From Candidatus Pacearchaeota archaeon (GTDB lineage: Archaea; Nanobdellota; Nanobdellia; Pacearchaeales; UBA284): a stretch of 32,000 nt of DNA. The first letter of the stretch is position 1. Every line of letters starts with the position of its first letter. Location: positions 630,001-662,000 of the forward strand of contig CP061211.1 in the NCBI GenBank assembly GCA_026016245.1, read 5' to 3'. Below are positions 14,888 to 22,829 of the stretch, one piece after another. The translations under genes and the position numbers were made by a program. The notes under the pieces are model-generated. The model was given only the letters and a program-made list of their open reading frames with translations, was not told where the DNA came from and ran no database searches.

Positions 14888-15697
14888 ATGGAAAAAGAAG
14901 AAAAGAAAACTAAAACAAAAAAAATAGAAAAAAAAGAAATAAAGGAAGAAAAAGAAGTAGAGAAGAAGGAAGTGAAGAAAGTAGAGATAGAAAGAAAAAA
15001 GAGAGAGATGGTTGTTCCTGGGGAGGTAGTTGCAAAAGGAGCAGAATTTTTACCTAGTGACGGAACAAGAAGAGAGGGAGAAGAAGTTATTGCTACAAGA
15101 TTTGGATTACTGGAAAAAACAGATAGACTTGTTAAAATCATTCCTCTAAGCGGGGTTTATATTCCTAGAGTTGGAAATACTGTCATAGGCCAGGTTATTG
15201 ATATTACTTTTAATGGATGGATTATTGATGTAGTGGCCCCAAATATTGCTTTTCTTAGTGTGGCTGAATGTGCTGGCTATATTAATAAGAAAGATCTGGC
15301 TGAACATTTTGGTTTTAGGGATAATATTGTGACAAAAATAAAATCAATTAAGTTGAAAGGAATTGATTTGACAATGAAAGAGAGAGGTTTAAGAAAATTA
15401 GAAGGAGGAATTATAGTAAGAATCAATCCTACGAGAGTTCCTAGAGTCATAGGTAGGGCAGGCAGCATGGTTAATACAATCAAATCTGAAACAGGATGCA
15501 GTATTACAGTTGGTCAGAATGGTGTTATATGGGTTAAAGGCAAGAATCCTGAAGATGAGTTGCTTGCAAAAAAAGCAATTGATTTGATAGTGCAAAAACC
15601 TTTTATAGAAGGATTAACAGAAAAAGTAAAAGAATTTTTAATTGAACAAAAGAAAAAACCAAAAATAAAAGAAAAGGAAAAGGAAAAGGAAAAATAA
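14888..15697 (+). CDS. rrp4: Exosome complex RNA-binding subunit Rrp4 (S1 + KH) with Lys/Glu-rich terminal extensions
   Basis: VVPGEVVA...RFGL...IPLSGVYIPRVGNTVIGQVIDITFNGWIIDV (N-terminal and S1 domains). VPRVIGRAGSMVNTIKSETGCSITV (KH domain). Confidence 0.9.
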   Translation: MEKEEKKTKTKKIEKKEIKEEKEVEKKEVKKVEIERKKREMVVPGEVVAKGAEFLPSDGTRREGEEVIATRFGLLEKTDRLVKIIPLSGVYIPRVGNTVIGQVIDITFNGWIIDVVAPNIAFLSVAECAGYINKKDLAEHFGFRDNIVTKIKSIKLKGIDLTMKERGLRKLEGGIIVRINPTRVPRVIGRAGSMVNTIKSETGCSITVGQNGVIWVKGKNPEDELLAKKAIDLIVQKPFIEGLTEKVKEFLIEQKKKPKIKEKEKEKEK

Positions 15698-15698
15698 A

Positions 15699-16421
15699 AT
15701 GGCATACAAAAGACCTGACGGAAGAAATTATGATGAAACAAGAAAAATAGAAGCAAAAGTTGGTATAATAAAGAGAGCAGATGGGAGCGCTATGTTTTCT
15801 TTTGGCAATTCTAAGGCAATAGTAGCTGTGTATGGGCCAAGACAGTTACATCCTCAACATTTACAGAATCCAGAAAAATGTTTACTGAGATGTTATTATG
15901 ACATGATGTCTTTCAGTGTTGCAGAAAGAAAAAGGCCAGGGCCAACTAGAAGAAGTACAGAAGTTTCTTATGTTACGTCCAATGCTTTAAAGAAAGTACT
16001 CAAGCTAGAAGATTTTCCTAACAGTGTAATTGATGTTTACATTTTAATTGTAGAGGCTGATGCGTCAACAAGATGTGCTGGTATTAATGCAGCATCAATG
16101 GCTTTAGCTCACGCTGGAATACCTATGAAAGAACTTGTTTCTTCAATATCAATAGGAAAGATAGGTGATGCTATAGTTGCTGACTTGACAAAAGAGGAGG
16201 AAGACTATAGCATAAAGAAAGATGGGAAAGAGATTAAAGCAGCAACAGATATTCCTTTTGCATTCCAATCTCGCTCTGGAAAAATAAGTTTAATGCAGCT
16301 TGATGGCAAGGTAAGCATTGATGATTTAAAGAGAGCCATAAGTCTTGGCAAAAAAATGTCTAAGAAAATAATTGAGATACAAACCCAGGCTTTGAAAAAA
16401 GTTAAGGAGGATAAAAAATAA
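15699..16421 (+). CDS. rrp41: Exosome complex exonuclease Rrp41 (RNase PH-like)
   Basis: RPDGRNYDETRKIEAKVGIIKRADGSAMFSFGNSKAIVAVYGPR. Confidence 0.93.
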   Translation: MAYKRPDGRNYDETRKIEAKVGIIKRADGSAMFSFGNSKAIVAVYGPRQLHPQHLQNPEKCLLRCYYDMMSFSVAERKRPGPTRRSTEVSYVTSNALKKVLKLEDFPNSVIDVYILIVEADASTRCAGINAASMALAHAGIPMKELVSSISIGKIGDAIVADLTKEEEDYSIKKDGKEIKAATDIPFAFQSRSGKISLMQLDGKVSIDDLKRAISLGKKMSKKIIEIQTQALKKVKEDKK

Positions 16422-16422
16422 A

Positions 16423-17220
16423 ATGGATGTTTCAGAATTAACCAGAAAAAGAATAGAAGAATTGCTTAAAGATGGAAAAAGAATGGATGAAAGAAAACCT
16501 CTTGAATTAAGGCCTTTAAGCATTGAGTTAGGAGTTTCAAAAAAGGCTGAAGGAAGCGCAAGAGTCAAGTTTGGGGATACTGAAGTTATTGCTGGAGCTA
16601 AATTAAATGTAATAGAGCCTTTTACAGATACGCCAGATAATGGAGCTTTGATGGTTGTGGCTGAATTCTGGCCTTTGGCATCAGAAAAATTTGAAATGGG
16701 CCCTCCAGATATTCAGGCTATTGAGCTGGCTAGAATTATTGACAGATCTATTAGAGAGAGCGAGTTTATTGACTTGAAAAAATTATGTATTAAGAAAGGA
16801 GAGCTCGTGTGGGCAGTTTTCCTTGATATTTATCCTATTAATGATGCTGGCAACTTGATAGATGCTAGTGCGATAGCAGTAATGGCAGCTTTGCAAAGTG
16901 CGGTTTTTCCCTCAATTAAAGGAGACAAGGTTCAGTATGGGGAATTCACAACAAAAAAAGTACCTTTAAAAGATATGCCCGTGGTTCTTACTTTCTACAG
17001 AATTGGAAAGGAGTTTATACTTGATCCAACAACATCTGAAGAGGAAGCAAGCAATTCCAGGCTTACTATTGCAATGACTTTTGGAAAAGAACCATACATA
17101 CATGCACTTCAGAAAGCAGGAGATGAACCATTGAGCGAGGAAGAAATCTTAAAAGTCCTAAGCACAGCTCTTAAAGAAGGGAAAAAGATTTTTGAAAAAA
17201 TAAAATCACAACTGAAATAA
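16423..17220 (+). CDS. rrp42: Exosome complex subunit Rrp42 (RNase PH-like)
   Basis: GKRMDERKPLELRPLSIELGVSKKAEGSARVKFGDTEVIAG. Follows rrp41 after a 1-nt gap. Confidence 0.9.
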   Translation: MDVSELTRKRIEELLKDGKRMDERKPLELRPLSIELGVSKKAEGSARVKFGDTEVIAGAKLNVIEPFTDTPDNGALMVVAEFWPLASEKFEMGPPDIQAIELARIIDRSIRESEFIDLKKLCIKKGELVWAVFLDIYPINDAGNLIDASAIAVMAALQSAVFPSIKGDKVQYGEFTTKKVPLKDMPVVLTFYRIGKEFILDPTTSEEEASNSRLTIAMTFGKEPYIHALQKAGDEPLSEEEILKVLSTALKEGKKIFEKIKSQLK

Positions 17221-17237
17221 AGAGTTAGGTAGAGAAG

Positions 17238-17690
17238 ATGAAAAAAGAAAAATTTGGTCCATCAGAATACACAAAATACGAGAGAGCAAGAATTCTAGGG
17301 GCAAGAGCTTTACAAATCAGTGCAAATGCTCCCATACTTTTTAAAATGAGCAAAGAAGAGCTGGAAAATATTAATTATGATCCCATCAAGATTGCAGAAC
17401 TTGAATTTGAGGAGGGGATTTTGCCTATCACTGTTAAAAGGCCTCTACCTAAAAAAATAGAAAAGAGGGAAAGAGAAGAGGAAAAAGAAGAAAAGAAGGA
17501 AGAGGAAGAGATAATCAAGAAAGAAGAAAAGCCAAGAGAGGTTCCTAAAGGGGAAGAGGTTGCAGAAGAAAAAGCTATAGTTGAGGATGCTGAGGAAAAG
17601 CAAAGAGAGGAAGAGGAAATAACTGAGGAGGCTATTGCTAAAGAAATTAAGGAAACAGCAACAGAAAAAAGTGAAGAAGAATTAGGGTAA
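17238..17690 (+). CDS. rpoK: DNA-directed RNA polymerase subunit K (Rpo6) with an ~80-aa Glu/Lys-rich C-terminal extension
   Basis: [25 protein letters not shown] ... [24 protein letters not shown] forms the conserved core. The remaining residues are E/K low complexity. Confidence 0.85.
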   Translation: MKKEKFGPSEYTKYERARILGARALQISANAPILFKMSKEELENINYDPIKIAELEFEEGILPITVKRPLPKKIEKREREEEKEEKKEEEEIIKKEEKPREVPKGEEVAEEKAIVEDAEEKQREEEEITEEAIAKEIKETATEKSEEELG

Positions 17691-17702
17691 AGATAGGTAA
17701 AG

Positions 17703-17712
17703 TTTTTATATT
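17703..17712 (+). promoter_or_regulatory. TATA box candidate for eno (leaderless or very short leader)
   Basis: TTTTTATATT ends 19 nt before the ATG at 17732. Confidence 0.35.
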
Positions 17713-17731
17713 TCTTTTTTATGTTTTAATC

Positions 17732-18973
17732 ATGCAACTAACTAATCTTAGTGCCAGAAAAATACTTAATTCAAGAAAAGAGGAGACAATCGCTGTAGTT
17801 GCTGAAGTTAAAGGCAAAAAAATTGAGGCTAGCACACCTAATGGAAAGTCAAGAGGAAAGCATGAAGTAAGGGATTTCTCATCAAGAGGAATAGATTTTA
17901 GTGTTTCATTCATAAATGCTCTTGGAAGAAAACTAGTGGCTGAAAAAACAGAATTCGAAAAATTTGGAGATTTAGAGCAAGTAGAAAAATTTGTTAGAAG
18001 ATATGATCAAACCAGAGACCTCAGCTTTGTTGGAGGCAACACTTTATTTGCCCTTGAATCTGCTCTTCTAAAAGCCATGGCTCTTTCCCAAGAACAAGAG
18101 CTGTGGGAATTTTTGCTAGGAAATGGAAAACCAAAACCATCATTGCCAAGACCTTTAGGAAATTGTATTGGTGGTGGGATGCATGTTAATCAAACAAGGA
18201 AGATAGATTTTCAGGAATTTCTTCTTTTACCAAAAACAAAACACTTTTTTGATTCTTATTTCATCAATCTGCAGGCTTATAAAATTGCTAAAGACCTGCT
18301 TAAACAAAAGGATAAGGAGTGGCAAGGAACTCTGACAGATGAAAATGCTCTTGCTTCAACTCTTGATAATGAATCTGCTCTAGCTTTACTCCAGGAAGTT
18401 AGGCAGAAAATAAAAGATAAATTTGATATTGAACTTGAATTAGGGATAGATATGGCTGCTTCTAACTTATTGAGAGGAAAGATCTACAAATATAAAAATT
18501 ACAGCTCAACAAAAAGAGAAAAGAATCTGACAAAAGAAGAACAAATCAATTATGTTACAGATCTTGCAGAAAAATATTCTCTTTCCTATATAGAGGATCC
18601 TTTGCATGAGGAAGATTTTGACGGATTCCACAGATTAAGAAAAAAAATTCCTGATGTTCTTGTTTGTGGTGATGATTTAACAACAACAAATCTTGAAAGA
18701 GTGCAGAAAGCAATAAAAAGCAATGCAATTAATGCCTTGATTATCAAGCCAAATCAGATAGGTTCGCTTATAGAGACAAAAAAAGTTGTGGATCTTGCAA
18801 AAAAACATAATATTACCCTTATCATAAGCCATAGGTCAGGAGAAACAATGGATAATACCATAGCGCATCTTGCAGTTGGCTGGCAAATTCCAATTATTAA
18901 GACAGGAATATTAGGCAAGGAAAGACTAGCAAAGTTAAATGAGCTTTTGAGAATAGAGAGGAGGATAAAATGA
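17732..18973 (+). CDS. eno: Enolase (divergent N-terminus, catalytic motifs retained)
   Basis: IDMAAS, YIEDPLHEEDFDGF, VCGDDLTTTN, IKPNQIGSLIET, SHRSGET and IKTG...LAKLNELLRIE. Confidence 0.9.
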   Translation: MQLTNLSARKILNSRKEETIAVVAEVKGKKIEASTPNGKSRGKHEVRDFSSRGIDFSVSFINALGRKLVAEKTEFEKFGDLEQVEKFVRRYDQTRDLSFVGGNTLFALESALLKAMALSQEQELWEFLLGNGKPKPSLPRPLGNCIGGGMHVNQTRKIDFQEFLLLPKTKHFFDSYFINLQAYKIAKDLLKQKDKEWQGTLTDENALASTLDNESALALLQEVRQKIKDKFDIELELGIDMAASNLLRGKIYKYKNYSSTKREKNLTKEEQINYVTDLAEKYSLSYIEDPLHEEDFDGFHRLRKKIPDVLVCGDDLTTTNLERVQKAIKSNAINALIIKPNQIGSLIETKKVVDLAKKHNITLIISHRSGETMDNTIAHLAVGWQIPIIKTGILGKERLAKLNELLRIERRIK

Positions 18974-19689
18974 ACAAAGATATAGATTTGATGATAAAAT
19001 CCATTAAAATTAATAATCCTGGAATCAGCGAGGAAATTCTTAAGGCTTTTAGAGTAGTAGATAGAAAATTTTTTGTTAGGGATGAACCTTACAGAGATGA
19101 ACCAAAACATGTTGCTCATGGACAGACAATAAGCCAGCCTTCAACTGTGGCAAGGATGTTAGTAATGTCGAGACTTGAAAGAGGGATGGATGTTCTTGAA
19201 ATAGGAACTAATACTGGCTACCACGCTGCTCTCGTTGCTTTTTTAGTTTTTCCAAGTTCTGTGATGACTATTGAAATTTTTCCTGATCTTGCTAAAAAAG
19301 CCAAGAAAAATATGGAAAAGTTTCTTATAGGATTGAAAAAAGAAAAGAAAAAAGTTGCAGCCAGATTCTCAAAATTAAATATTTTTGCTGGAGATGCTCT
19401 TGACAAAAAAACTGAGATATGGAATTATAAGTATGATAGAATTTATTTTACAGCAAGTGTTGATTCTAGACAGATTAATGAAGTAAAGAAGATGGCGTTG
19501 AAATTATTAAAAGAAAAAGGCTTGCTTTTATATCCTACAAGAGAGGCTTGGGATTATGGTGCTTTGGAGATATGGCAAAAGAAAGGAAAAAAATTAGAAG
19601 TGGTTAGAAGGGAGGAAGGTTATGCTTTTGTGCCTTTACTTAAAAAAGAAGAACTTGAAGAAATGTATGAGAAGAGAAAATTAAAGTAA
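18970..19689 (+). CDS. pcm: Protein-L-isoaspartate O-methyltransferase
   Basis: HGQTISQPSTVARMLVMSRLERGMDVLEIGTNTGYHAALVA. ATGA overlap with eno. Confidence 0.9.
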   Translation: MNKDIDLMIKSIKINNPGISEEILKAFRVVDRKFFVRDEPYRDEPKHVAHGQTISQPSTVARMLVMSRLERGMDVLEIGTNTGYHAALVAFLVFPSSVMTIEIFPDLAKKAKKNMEKFLIGLKKEKKKVAARFSKLNIFAGDALDKKTEIWNYKYDRIYFTASVDSRQINEVKKMALKLLKEKGLLLYPTREAWDYGALEIWQKKGKKLEVVRREEGYAFVPLLKKEELEEMYEKRKLK

Positions 19690-19690
19690 A

Positions 19691-21493
19691 ATGAAAAAAG
19701 AATTGTTTGGAAAAAGAGGTTTTTTGTTTGGTAATGAAGCTATTGTTAGGGGAGCTCTTGAATCAGGAGTTGGTTATGCTTCTAGTTATCCTGGAACACC
19801 AGCAACTGAGATTGGAGATACTTTTGCTGCAATAGCAAAAGACACTGGGATTTATTTTGAGTGGTCAGTGAATGAGAAAGTTGCTTTAGAAGCTGCAGCA
19901 GGAGCTGTTTTTTCTGGTATTAAGGCTTTAGTGTCGATGAAACATTATGGATTAAATGTAGCTTCTGATAGTTTATTACCTTTAGTTTATCTTGGATGTC
20001 CTTTTGTTGTTGTAGTAGCAGATGATCCTGGAAGCTGGTCGAGTGTACAGGCAGAACAAGATACAAGATGGTTTTCAAGATTAATACATGTGCCAACACT
20101 TGAACCAAGTAACAGTCAGGAAGCAAAAGACATGACAAAATTTGCTTTTCAATTTTCACAAAAACACAAAATTCCTGTTTTAGTAAGGCTAACAACCAGA
20201 ATTTGTTATTCAAAATCTTTAGTTAATTTTGGTAAGATCAAGAAAGGCAAAAAGAAAGGCAAATTTGTGAAAAAAGAATTTAAATTAGGGTCAGCACAGA
20301 CTGTTGCCCTACATAAAAAATTACTTGAAAAACTAAAAAAAATAAGAAAGGACTGTGAAAAATCAAAATTGAATTTTATTGAGGAAGGAAGAGGTAAAAT
20401 TGGAATTATTACTTCTGGTGTTGCCTATATTTATATCAAGGAAGCATTTCAAGAATTAAAAATAAAATTACCTTTACTAAAGTTAGGATTTAGTTATCCT
20501 TTCCCTTCTGATAAAGTCAAAAATTTTCTAAAAAATTTAAAAAAAGTAATTGTTATTGAAGAACTTGATCCAATAATCGAAGAAGAAGTTAAAAAATTCT
20601 CTAAAAAAATAAAAATATATGGCAAGGATTTTTTTTCCGAAGCTGGTGAATTGAAACCTGAAGATATTTTAGTTAATCTAAGTAAAATTCTAGGCAAAAA
20701 AATTGACAGGAACTTAAGTTATAATATTAAAAATTATAAGGAGCCAGAAAAAAGAATTCCTTTCTTTTGTCCAGGATGTCCTCATAGAAGCACATTTTAT
20801 GCTGTCAAAAAAGCTTTAGGAAAGAAAATTTTTGCAGGAGACATAGGCTGTTACATGTTAGGAGTTTATGAACCTTTTAGAATGCAAGATTTTGTTGTAA
20901 GCATGGGGGCTTCTGTTGGTATAAGTCACGGAATTTCTAAGGCAAGTGGACAGAAGCCAGTTATTTTTATTGGGGATAGTACTTTTTTTCATGCAGGCTT
21001 GCCATCCTTATTGAATCTTGTTTATAATAAAGCTAATGCTTTAGTTATTGTTTTAGATAATAGATGGACTGCCATGACAGGACACCAGCCTAATCCAGGT
21101 AGTGGTTTGACTGGAATGAAAAAAGAAACTAAAATAGCAAATATTGAAGAAATTGCCAAAGCTCTTGGAGTAGATTTTGTAAAAACTTCGAATGTCTGGA
21201 ATTTCAGTCAGTTTGTTAAAGATTTAAAGCAAGCTTATAGTATTAAAGGAGTTTCTGTTATTGTAGCTAAAGGCGAATGCAGGCTTGCTTTTATAAGGCA
21301 AGCTGTAAGAAAAGGAATCAAACTTCCTAAATTTAAAATTAAAAAACAAGATAAAAAGTTAGAGCAGTTAAAAGATTTTGGATGTCCTGCAATAAAAAAA
21401 GAAAAAGGTAAATGGTTGATTGATAAAGATTTGTGTTGGAGTTGTTCTATTTGCAAGCAGCTTTTTCCAGATTTAATAGAGGTGGAAAAATGA
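19691..21493 (+). CDS. iorA: Indolepyruvate:ferredoxin oxidoreductase alpha subunit, with a reduced C-terminal ferredoxin domain
   Basis: GNEAIVRGALESGVGYASSYPGTPATEI N-terminus. TPP region GDIGCY...GDSTFFHAG. C-terminus GCPAI...CWSCSICKQLFP. Confidence 0.9.
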   Translation: MKKELFGKRGFLFGNEAIVRGALESGVGYASSYPGTPATEIGDTFAAIAKDTGIYFEWSVNEKVALEAAAGAVFSGIKALVSMKHYGLNVASDSLLPLVYLGCPFVVVVADDPGSWSSVQAEQDTRWFSRLIHVPTLEPSNSQEAKDMTKFAFQFSQKHKIPVLVRLTTRICYSKSLVNFGKIKKGKKKGKFVKKEFKLGSAQTVALHKKLLEKLKKIRKDCEKSKLNFIEEGRGKIGIITSGVAYIYIKEAFQELKIKLPLLKLGFSYPFPSDKVKNFLKNLKKVIVIEELDPIIEEEVKKFSKKIKIYGKDFFSEAGELKPEDILVNLSKILGKKIDRNLSYNIKNYKEPEKRIPFFCPGCPHRSTFYAVKKALGKKIFAGDIGCYMLGVYEPFRMQDFVVSMGASVGISHGISKASGQKPVIFIGDSTFFHAGLPSLLNLVYNKANALVIVLDNRWTAMTGHQPNPGSGLTGMKKETKIANIEEIAKALGVDFVKTSNVWNFSQFVKDLKQAYSIKGVSVIVAKGECRLAFIRQAVRKGIKLPKFKIKKQDKKLEQLKDFGCPAIKKEKGKWLIDKDLCWSCSICKQLFPDLIEVEK

Positions 21494-21912
21494 AATCAAA
21501 ATTAGTCTCTGCTTGTTTGTTAGGAATCAAATGTGCTTGGGATGGTAAAGATAACCTCAATAAAAAAGTTATTAAATTGTCTAAAAAAGAAATTTTGATT
21601 CCTGTTTGCCCAGAACAACTTGGGGGTCTGTCAACTCCAAGAGAACCTTCAAACCAAAGAGGGAAAAAAGTTGTTTCAAAGTCAGGAAAGGATGTTACCA
21701 AAAATTTTGTGAAAGGAGCTAAAGAAACTTTAAAATTAGCTAAACTATTAAATATTAAAGAAGCGATTTTGAAACAAAAAAGCCCTTCTTGTGGTTGCGG
21801 CCGAATTCATGACGGAACTTTTTCTGGCAAGACTATCGAAGGTGATGGTGTTACTACAACTTTACTTAAAAGGAATGGAATTAAAGTAATTAGTGAGGAG
21901 GAACTGAAATGA
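21490..21912 (+). CDS. DUF523 (TudS-like) Cys-rich protein inserted between iorA and iorB
   Basis: The ATG at 21490 gives MKSKLVSACLLGIKCAWDGKDN, the family N-terminal pattern. It also has PVCPEQLGG and SPSCGCG. ATGA overlaps on both sides. The track start at 21433 lies inside iorA and was rejected. Confidence 0.75.
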   Translation: MKSKLVSACLLGIKCAWDGKDNLNKKVIKLSKKEILIPVCPEQLGGLSTPREPSNQRGKKVVSKSGKDVTKNFVKGAKETLKLAKLLNIKEAILKQKSPSCGCGRIHDGTFSGKTIEGDGVTTTLLKRNGIKVISEEELK

Positions 21913-22469
21913 AACCTTTCAACTTGATTGTTGTAGGTTATGGTGGACAAGGAATACTTACCCTTACAGATATAATCAGTAAAGCTGCTCTGAAACAAGG
22001 TTATGATGTAAAAGAAGCTGAACTTCATGGTTTAGCTCAGAGAGGTGGTAGTCTTGATTGTCATGTTCGTTTTGGTGGAGGTATTCATTCGTCTTTAATT
22101 CCAAGAGCTAAAGCAGATTTGATAATTGCTTTAGAAGCACTCGAGGCTTTGAGAGCTTGTTATTGGGTAAATAAAAATACAGTTGTCTTGATAAACTCCA
22201 AAATTTTTAGGTCTTCTTTGAACATGAAAAAAATTTTGAGAGAAATAAAAAAATTTACAAGAAAAATTTATGTTGTGGATGCAGATGAGATAGTCAAGAA
22301 AGAAACTGGAAATATATTAGGAGTTAATATCTTTATGTTAGGTTATGCACTTAAGAAAAAACTCTTACCTTTAAAAAAAGAGAATGTTTGGAAAGCTGTT
22401 GAGGAAAGAATAAGGAAAAGATTTTTGCAGGAGAATAGAAAAATTTTTGAAAAATCTTTTAAATATTGA
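21909..22469 (+). CDS. iorB: Indolepyruvate:ferredoxin oxidoreductase beta subunit
   Basis: NLIVVGYGGQGILTLTDIISKAALKQGYDVKEAELHGLAQRGGSLDCHVRFG. Confidence 0.9.
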   Translation: MKPFNLIVVGYGGQGILTLTDIISKAALKQGYDVKEAELHGLAQRGGSLDCHVRFGGGIHSSLIPRAKADLIIALEALEALRACYWVNKNTVVLINSKIFRSSLNMKKILREIKKFTRKIYVVDADEIVKKETGNILGVNIFMLGYALKKKLLPLKKENVWKAVEERIRKRFLQENRKIFEKSFKY

Positions 22470-22515
22470 AAATTTTAAAATTTTCTGATTTTTATTTAAA
22501 AAACTTTCTATTTTT

Positions 22516-22539
22516 GGTTTTGTGAAGTCTTCGGTTGAT
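22516..22539. repeat. Terminal inverted repeat, left
   Basis: Exact reverse complement of 26710-26733. Starts with GG, as IS6-family ends do. Confidence 0.85.
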
Positions 22540-22559
22540 AAATTTAATAAAAAAAATAA

Positions 22560-22703
22560 TTAACCCTTCTTTTTTCTCGGTCTATTCCAATAAGGGCTTT
22601 TACATTTAGGGCATACTTTTGGCTCTTCCTTGCTATTTCTTCTTGGCATCCAAATATGACCACACCTCTCGCATTTATATCCCTCTATTTTTATCTTTGC
22701 CAT
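22560..22703 (-). CDS. 47-aa zinc-ribbon protein (CxxC ... CxxC)
   Basis: Not in the ORF track. Translates to MAKIKIEGYKCERCGHIWMPRRNSKEEPKVCPKCKSPYWNRPRKKKG. Confidence 0.55.
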   Translation of the reverse strand: MAKIKIEGYKCERCGHIWMPRRNSKEEPKVCPKCKSPYWNRPRKKKG

Positions 22704-22829
22704 ACCCATAAGTATATTATTTTTAGTATATAAACATTATTGCGATACAAAACATACCTTAAATTTCAATAGTCTTTATATATACCTAATACTATTATAT
22801 TATTAAGAATAGAGGTGATTAAATTCAAA

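Noticed and set aside
14890-17690. GAA/AAG-rich periodic DNA at 14890-15000, 15650-15697 and 17455-17680 as tandem repeats or a CRISPR-like array
   Set aside because: These are in-frame Lys/Glu low-complexity coding tails of rrp4 and rpoK. They have no unit-length repeat and spacer structure.
3879-21701. Antisense or out-of-frame track ORFs overlapping confident genes, for example 3879..4160, 5147..5344, 7037..7246, 8091..8303, 8644..8991, 10219..10419, 10926..11114, 11495..11713, 12493..12831, 13391..13702, 14135..14320, 14364..14708, 14872..15141, 15277..15756, 16326..16568, 17719..17913, 18754..19119, 19218..19406, 19920..20213, 20494..20697, 21235..21701
   Set aside because: Each overlaps a gene with clear family motifs on the other strand or frame. 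Their sequences are Phe/Ser/Leu/Ile-rich, as expected from reverse-reading Lys/Glu-rich genes.
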